64,000 nt of DNA, from positions 930,001-994,000 of the forward strand of contig CM075991.1 in assembly GCA_038087875.1 (NCBI GenBank), written 5' to 3'. A program made the translations under genes and the position numbers. The notes below the pieces were generated by a model. That model searched no databases. It was given only the letters and a program-made list of their open reading frames with translations, and was not told where the DNA came from. This stretch comes from Malacoraja senta (lineage: Eukaryota). This document shows positions 9,971 to 22,646 of this stretch, one piece after another; positions within the stretch are counted from its first letter, which is position 1; each line of letters starts with the position of its first letter.

Positions 9971-12825
9971 CATTAGCTTGGATGCTGTAGAATCGGTATG
10001 GGTAGAACTGCGAAATAGCCAAGAGTAGAAAACGCTTGTTAGAGTTGAATACAGACCACCAAGCAGCAGTAGGGAGGTTGGGGATAACATCAAGCAGGAT
10101 ATTAGGGATTGGTGTAGCAAAGGTACAGCAGTTATCATGTGACTTTAATCTACATATAGATTGGGCCAAACAAATTGGTAGCAGCGCTGAGGAGGAAGAT
10201 TTCCAGGAATGTATATGGAATGGTTTTTTAAACCAATATGTAGAAGAACCGACTAGAGGACAGGCCATCCTAAACTGGGTATTGTGTAATGGGGAAGGAT
10301 TAGTTAACGATCTTGTTGTGCAAGGCCCCTTGGGCAGCAGTGACCATAATATGGTGGAATTCTGCATTAGGATGGAAAGTGACATAGTTAATTCGGAGAC
10401 CAGGGTCCTGAACTTAAAGAAAGGAGACTTTGAAGGTATGAGAGCAATTGGCTAGGATAGACCGGCAAATTATACTTAAAGGGTTGATGGTGGAGATGCA
10501 ATGGCAAAGATTTAAAGACCGCATGGATGAACAAAAATTGTTCATCCCTGTCTGGCGAAAAAATAAAACGGGGAAGGTGGCTCAACCGTGGCAAATGAGG
10601 GAAATTAAGGATAGTGTTAAATCCAAGAAAAAGGCATATACAGTAAATTGGCCAGAGGAAGCAGCAAACCAGAGGACTGGGGAGGAGGACAAAGGGGTTA
10701 ATTAAAGGGGGAGGGGGGGAAGAGCATGAAAGAAAGCTTGCGGCGAATATAAAAACTGACTGTAAAAGCTTCTTTAGATATGTAAAAAGGAAAAGATTAG
10801 TGGTCAAATGTAGGTCCCTTACAGTCCGAGACAGGTGAATTTGTAATGGGAAACAAGGAAATGGCAGAACAGTTACTTTGTTTGTTTGTGTCTTCACTAA
10901 AGAAGACACAAACAATCTCCCAGAAACTAGAGGACCGAGGATCTTGTGGGAGGGAGGAACTGGAATCCACATTAGTAAGGAAATGGTGTTTGGACTGAAG
11001 GCAGATAAATCCCCAGGGCCTTATGGTCTGCATCCCAGTGTACTCAAGGAGGTGGCCCAAGAAATCATGGATGCATTGGTGATCATTTTCCAATGTTCTC
11101 TCGACTCTGGTTCAGTTCCTGCGGATTGGAGGGTAGCCAATGTAACCCCACTTTTTAAGAAAGGAGGGAGAGAGTAAACGGGGAATTATAGACCAGTTAG
11201 CCTTACATCGGTAGTGGGGAAGATGCTGGAGTCGATTGTTAAAAAATTTATAGCAGCGCATTTGGAAAGCAGTGACGGGATCGGTCAAATTCAGCATGGA
11301 TTTATGAAGGGGAAGTCATACTTGACAAATCTTCTGGAATTTTTTTAGGATGTAACAAGTAGAATGGATAAGGGAGAGCCAGTGAATGTAGTGTATGTGG
11401 ACTTTCAAAAGCCTTTGACAAGGTCCCACACAAGAGATTAGTGTACAAAATTAGAGCACATGGTGTTGGGGGTAAGGTATTGACATGGATAGAGAACTGG
11501 TTGGCAGACAGGAAGCCAAGAGTAGGAATTAACGGGACCTTTTCTGAATGGCAGGCAGAGAGTAGTGGGGTGCTGCAAGGTTCGGTGCTGGGACCCCAGT
11601 TATTTGCAATATACAGTATATTAACAATTTAGATGAGGGAATTAAATGTGACATTTCCAAGTTTGCAGATGACACAAAGCTGGGTGGCAGTGTGGGTTGC
11701 GATGAGGATGCTGTGAGGCTGCAGGGTGACTTGGATAGATTGGGTGAATGGGCAGATGCATGGCAGATGAAGTATAATGTGGATAAATGTGAGGTTATCC
11801 ACTTTGATAGCAAGAACATGAGGGCAGATTATTATCTGAATGGTGTCAGATTAGCAAAAGGGGAGGTGCAACGAGACCTGGGTGTGCGTATACATCAGTC
11901 ACTGAAAGTAAGCATGCAAATACAGCAGGCAGTGAAGAAAGCTCATGGCATGTTTGCCTACATTGTGAAGATTTGAGTTTAGGTGCAAGGAGGTCCTACT
12001 GCAGTTGTACAGGGCCCTGGTGAGACCACACATGGAGTATTGTGTGCAATTTTGGTCTCCTAATTTTAGGAAGGACATAATTGCTATTGAGGGAGTGCAG
12101 CGTAGGTTCACCGGGTTAATTCACGGGATGGTGGGACTGACGTATGATGAAAGATTGGGTCGACTGGGCTTGTATTCACTGGAATTTAGAAGGATGAGAG
12201 AATATGTTATAGAAACATATAAAATTCTTAAAGGATTGAACAGGCTAGATGCAGGAAAAATGTTCCCAATGTTGGGGGAGTCCAGAACCAGGGGTCACAG
12301 TTTAAGAAGGAGTAGGCCATTTAGGACTGAGATGAGGAAAAACGTTTTCACCCAGAGAGTTGTGAATCTGTGGAATTTTCTGCCACAGAAGGCAGTGGAG
12401 GCCAATTCACTGGATGTTTTTAAGAGTTAGATTTAGCTCTTAGGGCTAAATGAATCAATAATCTTAGCAGCTCCACTTTCTACAGACCAGCTTACTTGCT
12501 CTTATCCCCAAGGCAGTCACAGCCCCACACCCTGATCCTGCCAGACCAACCCACTGGTCTTTTCATTTTCTGTGCTGAGGCTAAAGTGCAGGGATCGGGG
12601 AATAGAACGTGTATAGAGAGCAAACATGGACATGATGGGCTGAATGGCCTCCTTCTGTGCTGTGTTAATATTGTATGATTTCCCACTTCAAGTGTGTGAC
12701 ACAATGATATGGAGGTCTGTAGAAGAGCCTATTACACACATAGCAGGACAGAGTGACAACCACAAAACAGATGGATGGCCCTGAATTAAAAGCGAGGAAA
12801 GTCTTAATAGCAATAGACAAAGTAA

Positions 12826-13326
12826 AGGGCCTGTCCCACGGGCATGCGACTCCATGCGGCAAGCGCGACCTAACATGGTCGCTTGAGCCGTACGGCCTCG
12901 CGGGGCCGGTCCCACTTCGATCGCCGGAGCCGTATGGAGCCGTATGCAGTTGTGCGGAGCTGGTCCCGACATCTCCGAAAAACTGACCGTGTTCAAAAAT
13001 TCCACGCGGCAACGGCCTGCCGGCCCGCAGCTGCCTCGACGCCGTACGCATCTCCTCGACGCCGTACGCACCGCCTCGACGCCTTACGCACCGCCTCGAC
13101 GGGCGTGCGCAGCGTCTCGATGCCGTATGCCGCGTCTTGTCGCCATACGTCACACGCGAACTTCCCGAGTCACTCACTCGACCTCCGCGTGGCCCCCGCT
13201 TCCGGTTTGGTCGCGCTTGCCGCATGCAGCCGCATGCTGGTGGGACCGGCCCTGTACGAGGATCACTCGACCTCCGGGCGGCCCCCGCTTCCGGTTAGGT
13301 CGTGCTTGCCGCATGGGACAGGCCCT
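12826..13326. mobile_element. PIF/Harbinger-type MITE
   Basis: Terminal inverted repeats (TIRs) AGGGCCTGTCCCA / TGGGACAGGCCCT with TAA on both sides; CpG-rich interior with internal repeats. Confidence 0.85.
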
Positions 13327-13458
13327 TAAGTGGCATAACATGGAGAGAGGCTATTTGAGCCAACTTTAACAGAGTTTATAAATTATCCAACACCTCACGA
13401 TTCTGCTGAAATATGTCCCTTATCCAATACTCTATTGAGAGATTACTTATTCCTGAGG

Positions 13459-13692
13459 TACACAAAAATGCTGGATAAACTCAGCGGGTGCAGCAGCATC
13501 TATGGAGCGAAGGAAATAGGCAACGTTTCGGGCCGAAACCCTTCTTCAGACTGATAGGGGGTGGGGGGAAGAAAGGAAAAAAGGAAAAAGGCGGAGGAGG
13601 AGCCCGAGGGCTGGGGGAGGGGAGGAGACAACCAGAGGGCTGATGAAGGGAGGGGACAGCAAGGGCTAGCAGAATTGGGAGAATTGGGAGAA
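13459..13692 (-). mobile_element. Penelope pseudo-LTR solo insertion
   Basis: Near-identical to 6908-7130; attcctgag duplicated on both flanks. Confidence 0.85.
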
Positions 13693-14886
13693 TTCCTGAG
13701 CCTGTTTCCACTCTCTTCTCAGGCAGAACACTTGCATTTGGAACCTTGCTCTGTACCTGAGATAATCTCAGCAGGATAATCGACTCAAAGAAAAACACAT
13801 ACATTGAACAGCAAGCAGTGTGGGGCTGCCATTTACTTAAACATCAAATGTGTGTATCCTTCAACATATTTGTACCTGATTTGTGGCCGTTGGCCCTCCC
13901 ATCTCATAGTGGTGACCACTCCCCGATGTGACAAACCTTCCACACAGCTGCCATTCCCCAACAATGGTCATGCATGAGATAATATCATCAAAGTACCCGC
14001 CTGCTATTTATGTTACTCCAACAGATATTGAATCAAAAAGTCCTGAGTGGAGTTTGAGAGGCTCTGCCACGGTGACATGCATACACTGCGGCCATCCTCA
14101 CAGACATCACTGGAACAGATCACAGCATTCCCGTTTAATGCACCGCAGTGTCCTGCAGTGACTTGGTGCCACTCGTGTCGTGGCCGTCATCAGACACTGG
14201 GGAGTCTCCTCTCCCATGGCAAGGCTCCGTTTTACCTTCCCTTCCATCCCTCAACCACACTGGTCTCCCTCAGCTCCAGAGCTGTGTGGACAGTGTACTT
14301 CAAGGCTCTGTGTGAGAGGATGTGGTAGCAGTGAGCTCTGCATTAGCCTCTGCGGAGATGGCATGGAGCATTTTAAGATGATAATGAGTGCCTACATCCT
14401 CAACGGTTTTTCATGGAGGTCAATTTCATAAACTGAGCTTGTTTGCCTGGGCTCACACAGTTGGGAGTTGGGGCAAATGCAACTTGCCAACAGTGGGTGG
14501 AATCTGATCTCTGGTCATTGGTGTGTAGTAAGCTTGTTAAAGCTGCTCATCAACCTGGCCTCTGCTTCTTTAGACTTTGCATTAGAGATACAGCACAGAA
14601 ACAGGCCCTTTGGCCCACCAAGTCCACGCTGACCAACATTCACCCTGTGCGTAACACTATCTAACACACTAGGGACAATTTTATCAAAGCCATTTAACCT
14701 ACAAACCTGTACCTCTTTGGAGCGTGGGAGGAAATCTGAGCACCCGGAGAAAAACCCAGCCAGTCACGGGGAGAACGTACAAACTCCATACAGACAGCAC
14801 CTGGAGTCAGGATCGAACCTGGGTCTCTGGCGCTGCAAGGTAGCAACTCTAGCACTGTGTCACCCTCTGTGATTCACCCAAAACTA

Positions 14887-15015
<129 letters not shown>

Positions 15016-16039
15016 CTAGTTACAGCAGCTGTTTTCCTGGGAGTGGAGGAAGTGATAGGATGATGTGGGGTTTTTTTGGGAGTTCATTTCACTGATAGAT
15101 GGGACAGGACAATGTATTGGTGGTGGGGGTAGGGCATCAAACAAAAGGAAAGGCATTGATTAAATACAGGAAATTTAGAATGGAAAATGTGTCTTCACTT
15201 ATTGAAGAAGGTACACAAGCAGCAGAATCCAGGAAATTGACAGATTAGATGAAGGCCATTTGGCTCATCATCTGATTGTCATCCATGAGAATATTATTCA
15301 GAGTATTCACATTTCCCAGCTTTAATGGATTCTTAATATTCACCAAGCTAGTATTATGATTGCAGCCTCCACGACCCTTTCAGGCAGTGAGCTTTTAGTC
15401 GTATTTATTCATATTTTGGGACCTTGATATCACTGGAAAGGCCAACATTTATTGCACACACAATTGACTTTGAGAAGATAGTGGTGAGCCACGTTGGACT
15501 GCTGCTGTCTTCCCGGTAAAGGTACAGCCATGATGCTCATGGGGAGTTCCAGGGCTGATGACGGATGGGCATTGCACAACTTGGATTGGTTTCCAAGTCC
15601 CTGCTGTCCTTGTCCGTCTTGATGTTAAAGACGTTTCGGGTCACCCATTCCTTCTCTCCAGAGATGCTGCCTGTCCTGCTGAGTTACTCCAGCATTTTGT
15701 ATCCACCTTCGATTTAAACCAGCATCTGCAGTTGTTTCCTACACATTGGTGTTAGAGATAGTGGGATTGGGAAGTGCAGCTGAACTTGGGTGAGTGACTT
15801 CAGTACATTTTGTAGATGGTACACTCTGCAGCCATTGTACATGGATGGTGGGTGGGATGCCAGTTCACTGGGTTGCTTTTGGCCTAGAAGGGGTCAAGCT
15901 TCTTGAGAATTGTTGGAACTGCCCTTATCCAGGGAGCATTCTATCACACACGTTCTGTATACTGAGGCCTTGCAGACAGTGGAATGGCTGTGGGGATCAG
16001 AGAGTGAGTCAACCACTGCAGGATATCAGCCTCTGACCT

Positions 16040-16920
16040 CCAGTTGGGAAAAGGGGAAGTACAACGGGATCTGGGGGTCCTTGTACATCAGTCTATGAAA
16101 GTAAGCAGGTACACAAAAATGCTGGAGAAACTCAGCGGGTGCAGCAGCATCTATGGAGCGAAGGAAATAGGCAACGTTTCGGGCCGAAACCCTTCTTCAG
16201 ACCCATTTGGATCATAAAGGTACTTTCATACCTTAGTCAAGGTATGAAAGTAAGCATGCAGGTTCAGCAGGCAGTTAAGAAAGCGAATGGCATGTTGGCC
16301 TTTATAACAAGAGGAATCGAATATAGGAGCAAAGAGGTCCTTCTGCAGTTGTACAGAGCCCTAGTGAGACCACACCTGGAATATTGTGTGCAGTTTTGGT
16401 CCCCTAATTTGAGGAAGAACATTCTTGCTATTGAGGGAGTGCAGCATAGGTTTACAAGGTTAATTCCCGGGATGGCGGGACTGTCATATGCTGAGAGAAT
16501 GGAGCAGCTGGGTTTGTATACTCTGGAGTTTAGAAGGATGAGAGGAGATCTCATTGAAACATATAAGATTGTTAAGGGTTTGGACACGCTAGAGGCAAGA
16601 AACATGTTCCCGATGTTCGGGGAGTCCAGAACCAGGGGCCACAGTTTAAGAATAAGGAGTAAGCCATTTAGAACAGAGACGAGGAAAGACTTTTTCTCAC
16701 AGAGAGTGGTGAGTCTGTGGAATTTTCTGCCTCAGAGGGCGGTGGAGGCAGGTTCTCTGGATGCTTTCAAGAGAGAGCTAGATAGGGCTCTTAAACATAG
16801 CGGAGTCAGGGGATATGGGGAGAAGGCAGGAACGGGGTACTGATTGGGGATGATCAGCCATGATCACATTGTCTGGCTCGAAGGGTCGAATGGCCTACTC
16901 CTGCACCTATTGTCTATTGA
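16040..16920 (+). mobile_element. CR1 3' fragment containing a short PLE-end insertion at 16108-16242
   Basis: KVSMQVQQAVKKANGML...GYGEKAGTGY*; TSD tatgaaagtaagca at 16094-16107 and 16243-16256. Confidence 0.9.
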
Positions 16921-18430
16921 CCTGTTCTTGTAGCCACGATGTGTATGTGGCTGGTCCAATTGTGCTTCTGGTCAATGGTGACCCCAGGATGCTGCTGGTG
17001 AGTGACTTGACATTGCTATTGAAATGAATGATCTAAATATTCACCACTGTGGATATGCAGGAAACAGTCATTGTGGGCCGAAGGGCCTCCCTCCCCCCAC
17101 ACCGCACCGATCCACATTCCATGTTCTAATTGTTATTACTGTACTTAAATCAACCAGCTCCTCCAGCAGCTTGCTCCACACATTCAGCAGCCACTGAGCA
17201 AAAAGGTTGTCCCCAGGCATCTACCAAATTGTTAAGGGTTTGGACACGCTAGAGGCAGGAAACATGTTCTCACCCCAAACCCCTGTCGTCTAGTTCTGAA
17301 GAGTCATAAAGCACAGAAACAGGCCCCCTGCCCAACCAGCCCAAGATGCCCCATCTACACTAGTCTCACCCACCTGCATCTGGCCCACATCCCTCCAACC
17401 CCCTCCCATCCATCTACCAGTCCAAATGTCTTCCAAACAAACATAATGAGCAGAATTGCCTCTGCTGAAAAACGCGAGGAATAGCGAGGAGATTTTCCAT
17501 TGTTTGCAATCGTTGGCTTATTCAGACAGTAAAGATGAGGCAGATCGGTCAAACCTTGCTTTCCTTTGACAAGGCAATGCTTCAAGGATCAACTGTGATG
17601 GGTGCCACATCTGAGAAACGGCATTGGGTGTATCAGGGATATGACAGCCATTTGTCTCAGCTTAAAAGGTTAACTCCTTCCTCGTCTACAAGAGCATTGC
17701 CCAGTCACTTCCTTGCAAACTCTGTCCTTCCATTTGCAGCATCAGAATGCAGCATCAGCAAACGGGAGCTGGGGGAGTCACTTGTCCCCTCAAGCTGCCT
17801 CAACAAACAACAGCTGATCTGCCCCATGCCTCACCTTCTCTTTTGTGCCAGTTCCCCATAACTGTCAATTTCCTGCTCTTTTTAAAATTGTAGCTACCTT
17901 CTCCTTAAAACCCCCCATAATCCAACCTCTACAATCCTCCAGGGTTATATTCATCGCACTCTGAGCGAGATTCCAATGCACCTCAGTTTGAAATGAGTGG
18001 TCATTAATCTTGTAACCATGTCTCCTCATTTGCGATTCTTCAGCAAGTGGTAACATTTTGACATCTGCCCTGCAATGCCCTCTAAAGATCTTATATATTT
18101 TAATAAGATCACCATTCATACCTCAGATTCAGATTGCCAGCTCTGGAGGTTTATTCCCGCTTCCTGTAAACTGACCCAGTCAAATAGCACTTTCCCTCCA
18201 CTCCCTTTATCTAATACAGAACAAAGACATTCACCAAAAATGGGAACAAAAGCAAAGAATGTATTTAAAAGAACATGTTTGTTTCTCCTGAAGGATGAGT
18301 TTTTAGTTATTGAGGACTCCAGGACAACCTCACCAGGGAATCAACCCCAGACCCATCAACCAACAGAATGATCTTCTGTCAGTTGCAAAAAGCCACCAGC
18401 CTGCTCATATGCCACAAAGATTGTACTCAC

Positions 18431-18484
18431 GTCCCTGAGCACGTATTTTTCCAGGTTTCCCAGTGTTTTCTTCTTTAAAATCCC
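18431..18484 (-). CDS. nt5c2l1: NT5C2-like gene, internal exon (54 bp)
   Basis: tttcag| and |gtgagt. Encodes GILKKKTLGNLEKYVLRD. Confidence 0.92.
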
Positions 18485-19563
18485 CTGAAATGAAAATAAT
18501 GATAAATCTCAGCAAAATAGAACATGGTTGACTGAAGCAGAATCTGTATGCTTGATCTCAACTTGGTTATACAGTTAAAGTGATCTGAATCTAACCTGGC
18601 ATTTGGGAGTAGCGTATAGTTTTGGTATCTGTGAGTAATTGGTATACTTGGATTGGAGACAGTCCGATGAGGTTGATTCCTGATCTTATGAGGAAAGATG
18701 CAGCATATTTGGCTTACGTGCAAATGAGATAATTGGAGGTGGTTTATCAAGATTTTGAGGGGTCTTGAAAAGATTGTTGCTGAGAGGATCTCTCCCATCG
18801 TGCGGAGATTTAGTACTAGAAGCCACTGTAAGGGAATGCTCCTTATCCAGTGTGTGGCTGGCACAGCTGGTAGAGCCACTGACTCACAGCACCAGAGTTT
18901 GATCATAACCACAGGTATTGTTTGTGCGGAGTTTGCATGTTCTCCCTGTGACCACGTGAATTTCCTCTGGGTGCTCTGGTTTCCTCCCACATCGAAGGAC
19001 AATCTGCCCTCATCAAGCTCCTGTTCCCTTACGTTCGTATGACGCAACCATGGCCAATTTGAACTCACCTCAAGCCTGAATATTTATAATTTTGCATACC
19101 TGATCGTGCGAGGCATTTGCAAAGTGGGAAAAAAAGACTTGCTATGCTAAACGTGTATTAAGCAAATCATCCTGACCTGGAATATTTGCTTAATAGAAGT
19201 ACTGAGTTGTACTAAAGTATTGATTGAGGACTTTTATGAGTTGTACTCGAAAGTGCCGAGCTGGTCTTGACACAAACCCCAATGTTTTATCAGAAAATAC
19301 TGCCAACTGAAGCTGACCCAATATTCATCGTCAGGTCCAGTTGTAATAGCCTTGCTCTTATCTGATCCGCCTGAAACCTGCCTGGATTTGTAACTTCACG
19401 TCATTTGTGTTTTCAGCTGCGCCTCACCACCCAACACTGGATTTACAACCAAATGTCGGAGAGACGAACAATAGGGATTGCCATATTTCCCTCTTATCCC
19501 TCATGTTTTCCATATCTTCCTCTTTCCCATCTCACCTGACCCCTCTCACCCTTATCCCTTGTA

Positions 19564-19784
19564 GTGTTTGATGGGTAGTAACTCAATTCAGACTCGTGTT
19601 GTCCCGTGTCAGTAAGTCGGATTTTATTCCAGCCAAGATGGTTGCGTGACTCCAGCCAAGATGGCTGGAATAAAAACCGACTTACTGACACGGGACAACA
19701 TGAGTCTGTATTGTTACCATCCATCAAACACGACACTGACACGATATAACATGAGTCTGTATTGAGCTACTATCCATCAAACAC
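19564..19784. mobile_element. Palindromic MITE-like element with a duplicated right end
   Basis: Left arm gtgtttgatgg...ccagcca is mirrored by a right arm ending at 19731, and partly again by one ending at 19784. Confidence 0.7.
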
Positions 19785-21564
19785 AGCAATCCCTCCTTCC
19801 CATTTTACAAATGTTAGCTGTTGCACTTTGGGAGGTTAAATGTAAGAGGGTGCAATTTATGGCAGGACCCTTAACGGCAATGATGTCCAGAGGGAAGTTG
19901 GGGACCAAGCTCATAGCTCCCTGAGAGTAGCACACACAAGTGATAAAACAGAGTAGCACATAGAGTGGTAAAACAGGCATATAGTCGGGAAACAGTACAA
20001 GAATCAGGAAGTCACAATGTCTTGCAGCTCAGTCAAACTTTGGGTAGGCCGCTTTTGGAGTATTGTGTGCAGTTCCGGTTGCTGCTTTATAAGAAGTATG
20101 TGGAGGCTTTAGACAGGATGCACAAACAGTTTATCAGAATGCTGCCTGTATTAGATTGGACAAACTTGCATTCTTTTCCCTGGACTATCAGAGGTTGAGG
20201 CAGGACCTGATAGTATATAAAATGTTATAAAATTATGAGGCGCATAGATACAGTCAGAATTTTCCTCCCAGGGTGGAAATATTAAAGACAAGAGGACATA
20301 GTTTAAGGTGACAGGGGAAAAGTTGAAAGAAAATATGCAGGGGAAATATTTGTACACAGATGGTGGTGGGTGCATGGAACATGCTGCCAGGAGTGGTGGT
20401 GAAAGCAGATATGATAGTGGTGGTTAACAGGATTTTAGGCAGGTACATGAATACTCAGGGAATGGGTGGATATGGCAAAAGGATTAGTTTCATTTGGCAC
20501 AGACATTGTGGGTTGAATGCCCTGTTCCTGTACTGTTCCATGTAAACCCATGTGTTTTACTCCTCAGACCCAAATGGGAACATGATGCTGATAGTGACAT
20601 CCGTCTGAATATGTTTATCACGGGGACCAGGTATGTAAATGCAACAGCAATGCAAAACTGATGAAGTATTTGGTTCAATATGCATACTGGGGGATGGGAG
20701 TAGAGACACAGATAAAAGAGTGATAGAGGGAAGAGAGAGCAAAGATGAACAGTGACAGAGAGTGATATAGACTGAGTGGCGAATGAAGCATTGTAATAGA
20801 AAGTCCAGAGATTCAGAGAAATCAAATCCACCAGATTCATAATTCATATTTATAATTAATATCAAACTCTCAGATTGCACCCACTTAATGTGTTTCGTTT
20901 TGAATTTTAGATTCATTTGCAACAATTCTACATCTTGGCTCTTTGACCAGAATTGAACACAGGTATCAGAGATATACACAAACTAATTCTGTTTCCACAT
21001 ATTGTTTTGATTTCAGCCCCAAGAGCTCAAGGCATTGCTGACGTTGTATCTACAGCTATGTGCAACCTAGCCATCTTGCATTTGCCTTTCTACTCTGGCT
21101 GCCGTATCAGGCCCTTCATTGCTGCTTACCTTTTCCTTCATGCCTCCTTGCTCTTTCACCTCACACCAACAAGCAGAATAATCTCAAACAAGCAGACATG
21201 GTTACAAGATCAGGTGATGGTCATTTAAAGCTGTAGTGCTTAGGAACTTAGCAGAGGATGGTGAACCTGTGTGATTGTGGAGGTTAAATTATTGAGTGTA
21301 TTTAAAGGGAAGGTATTGTATAGTTGAAAGATTGGGATATTGAGAGGACAGGGAATGAGGAGTTGATGCCTGGGGCAGATTAGCCAAGATTATATTGCAG
21401 GATGGGCAGGCTTGAGGGGCTGGTGGCCTACTTATTCTCTTATTCTCTCATGTTCTTCCTTAGAATGAGTGCCTGAATGAAAGAGGTGTATATCAACTGT
21501 GAACTAATGAATGGATCCCACTGATTTGTGGGGTGGACAGAGAAGGCTAAGGGGTGGTGATACC

Positions 21565-21935
21565 CCCGCCACGGGTACCATGTAATCCCGTGCTACCTGC
21601 TCTATGGTTGGATAGTCGGCGACTAAACCGTCTCCCCCACCTGGTTTGCCAGGTGAGGAGGGGGCTGTGGACCCCCAGCAGGACCAGAAACAAGACCTGT
21701 CAAAGGGCGGATGAGCTCCTAGCGAGCCAACGGCCATCCACACTTCAGTAGAAGTTGCGATCACTGTCGTACACAGCATTGTAAGGAATGATGATAAAGC
21801 AAACACACCAAAAGCCGATACTTCCAGCGGCGGAAGTCCGCAGGAATTGGAGGACAGGGATGTGTGGTGCGTCCGTCACCGTTCCCTTTTGGAAATCAGC
21901 ACCACTGCGTCGCTAATGTTTTCAACGATGATGAT
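21565..21935 (+). mobile_element. ~370-bp non-autonomous retroelement (RTE/RTE-X-like ends) with (GAT)n tail
   Basis: TSD ggtggtgatacc at 21553-21564 and 21936-21947; structured GC-rich 5' part; LEDRDVW-like LINE C-terminal remnant. Confidence 0.65.
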
Positions 21936-22305
21936 GGTGGTGATACCTTTCTCTTTAATGAAACGCCCATGTCTGGCTATGTTCCCTTTCACTGCAACTG
22001 TGATCCCTAATCACTTACCAGTCCACTGACAGCCCTTCTTCCTTTGAGCACACATATCCTTTACCATCCATTCTAAGTTTCTCCACAAGATGTCATCACT
22101 GCCTCTCTTGTGAGCTGTGCCCTTCCTCGGTGAACTCAGCCTTCACTTCAAATCAGTGTGCTCACGCTCCTGCGATCATTGCCTAACTGTTTCTGCTTTA
22201 GGTCCACTATTGATCAGCTACTAATCTACCCAATGGTTTAACCTCAGCGGAGGTCCCTTGGTTCCATTCCAGTTCTGTCGACTCATCCAGCCAGTGCTGG
22301 ATGCG

Positions 22306-22646
22306 CAGTCTCAGCCACAGTCTCAGTCTCAGCCACAGTCTCAGCCACAGTCTCAGCCAGTCTCAGCCACAGTCTCAGTCTCAGCCACAGTCTCAGCCAC
22401 AGTCTCAGTCACAGTCTCAGCCACAGTCTCAGTCTCAGCCACAGTCTCAGTCTCAGCCACAGTCTCAGTCTCAGCCACAGTCTCAGCCACAGTCTCAGTC
22501 TCAGCCACAGTCTCAGCCACAGTCTCAGTCTCAGCCACAGTCTCAGTCTCAGCCACAGTCTCAGCCACAGTCTCGGCCACAGTCTCAGTCTCAGCCAGTC
22601 TCAGTCTCAGCCACAGTCTCAGTCTCAGCCACAGTCTCAGCCACAG
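22306..22646. repeat. Compound hexamer tandem repeat (CAGTCT/CAGCCA)n
   Basis: Directly visible; about 340 bp and nearly pure. Confidence 0.97.

Larger units (their letters stand above)
8230..12460 (+). mobile_element. Decayed CR1 ORF2 (APE endonuclease and RT), interrupted by insertions at 8283-8407 and 8581-9970
   Basis: GITETWL, GYSIFRKDR, LGSSDHN, KSPGPYGLHP, QGSVLGP and FADDTKL motifs, with stops and frameshifts. Confidence 0.9.

Noticed and set aside
9113..10138. 341-aa novel protein
   Set aside because: Chimeric read-through of antisense CR1, an inverted pseudo-LTR and Penelope RT.
12665..13369. Several overlapping 120-190 aa Arg/Ala-rich ORFs
   Set aside because: By-products of a GC-rich MITE; no transposase motifs.
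16139..16843. 234-aa fusion ORF
   Set aside because: A PLE-end insertion is accidentally in frame with the CR1 C-terminus.
21125..21200. Possible extra host exon ending at a GTAAGC donor (minus strand)
   Set aside because: No similarity to NT5C2, and the flanking exons already join in frame with the expected sizes.
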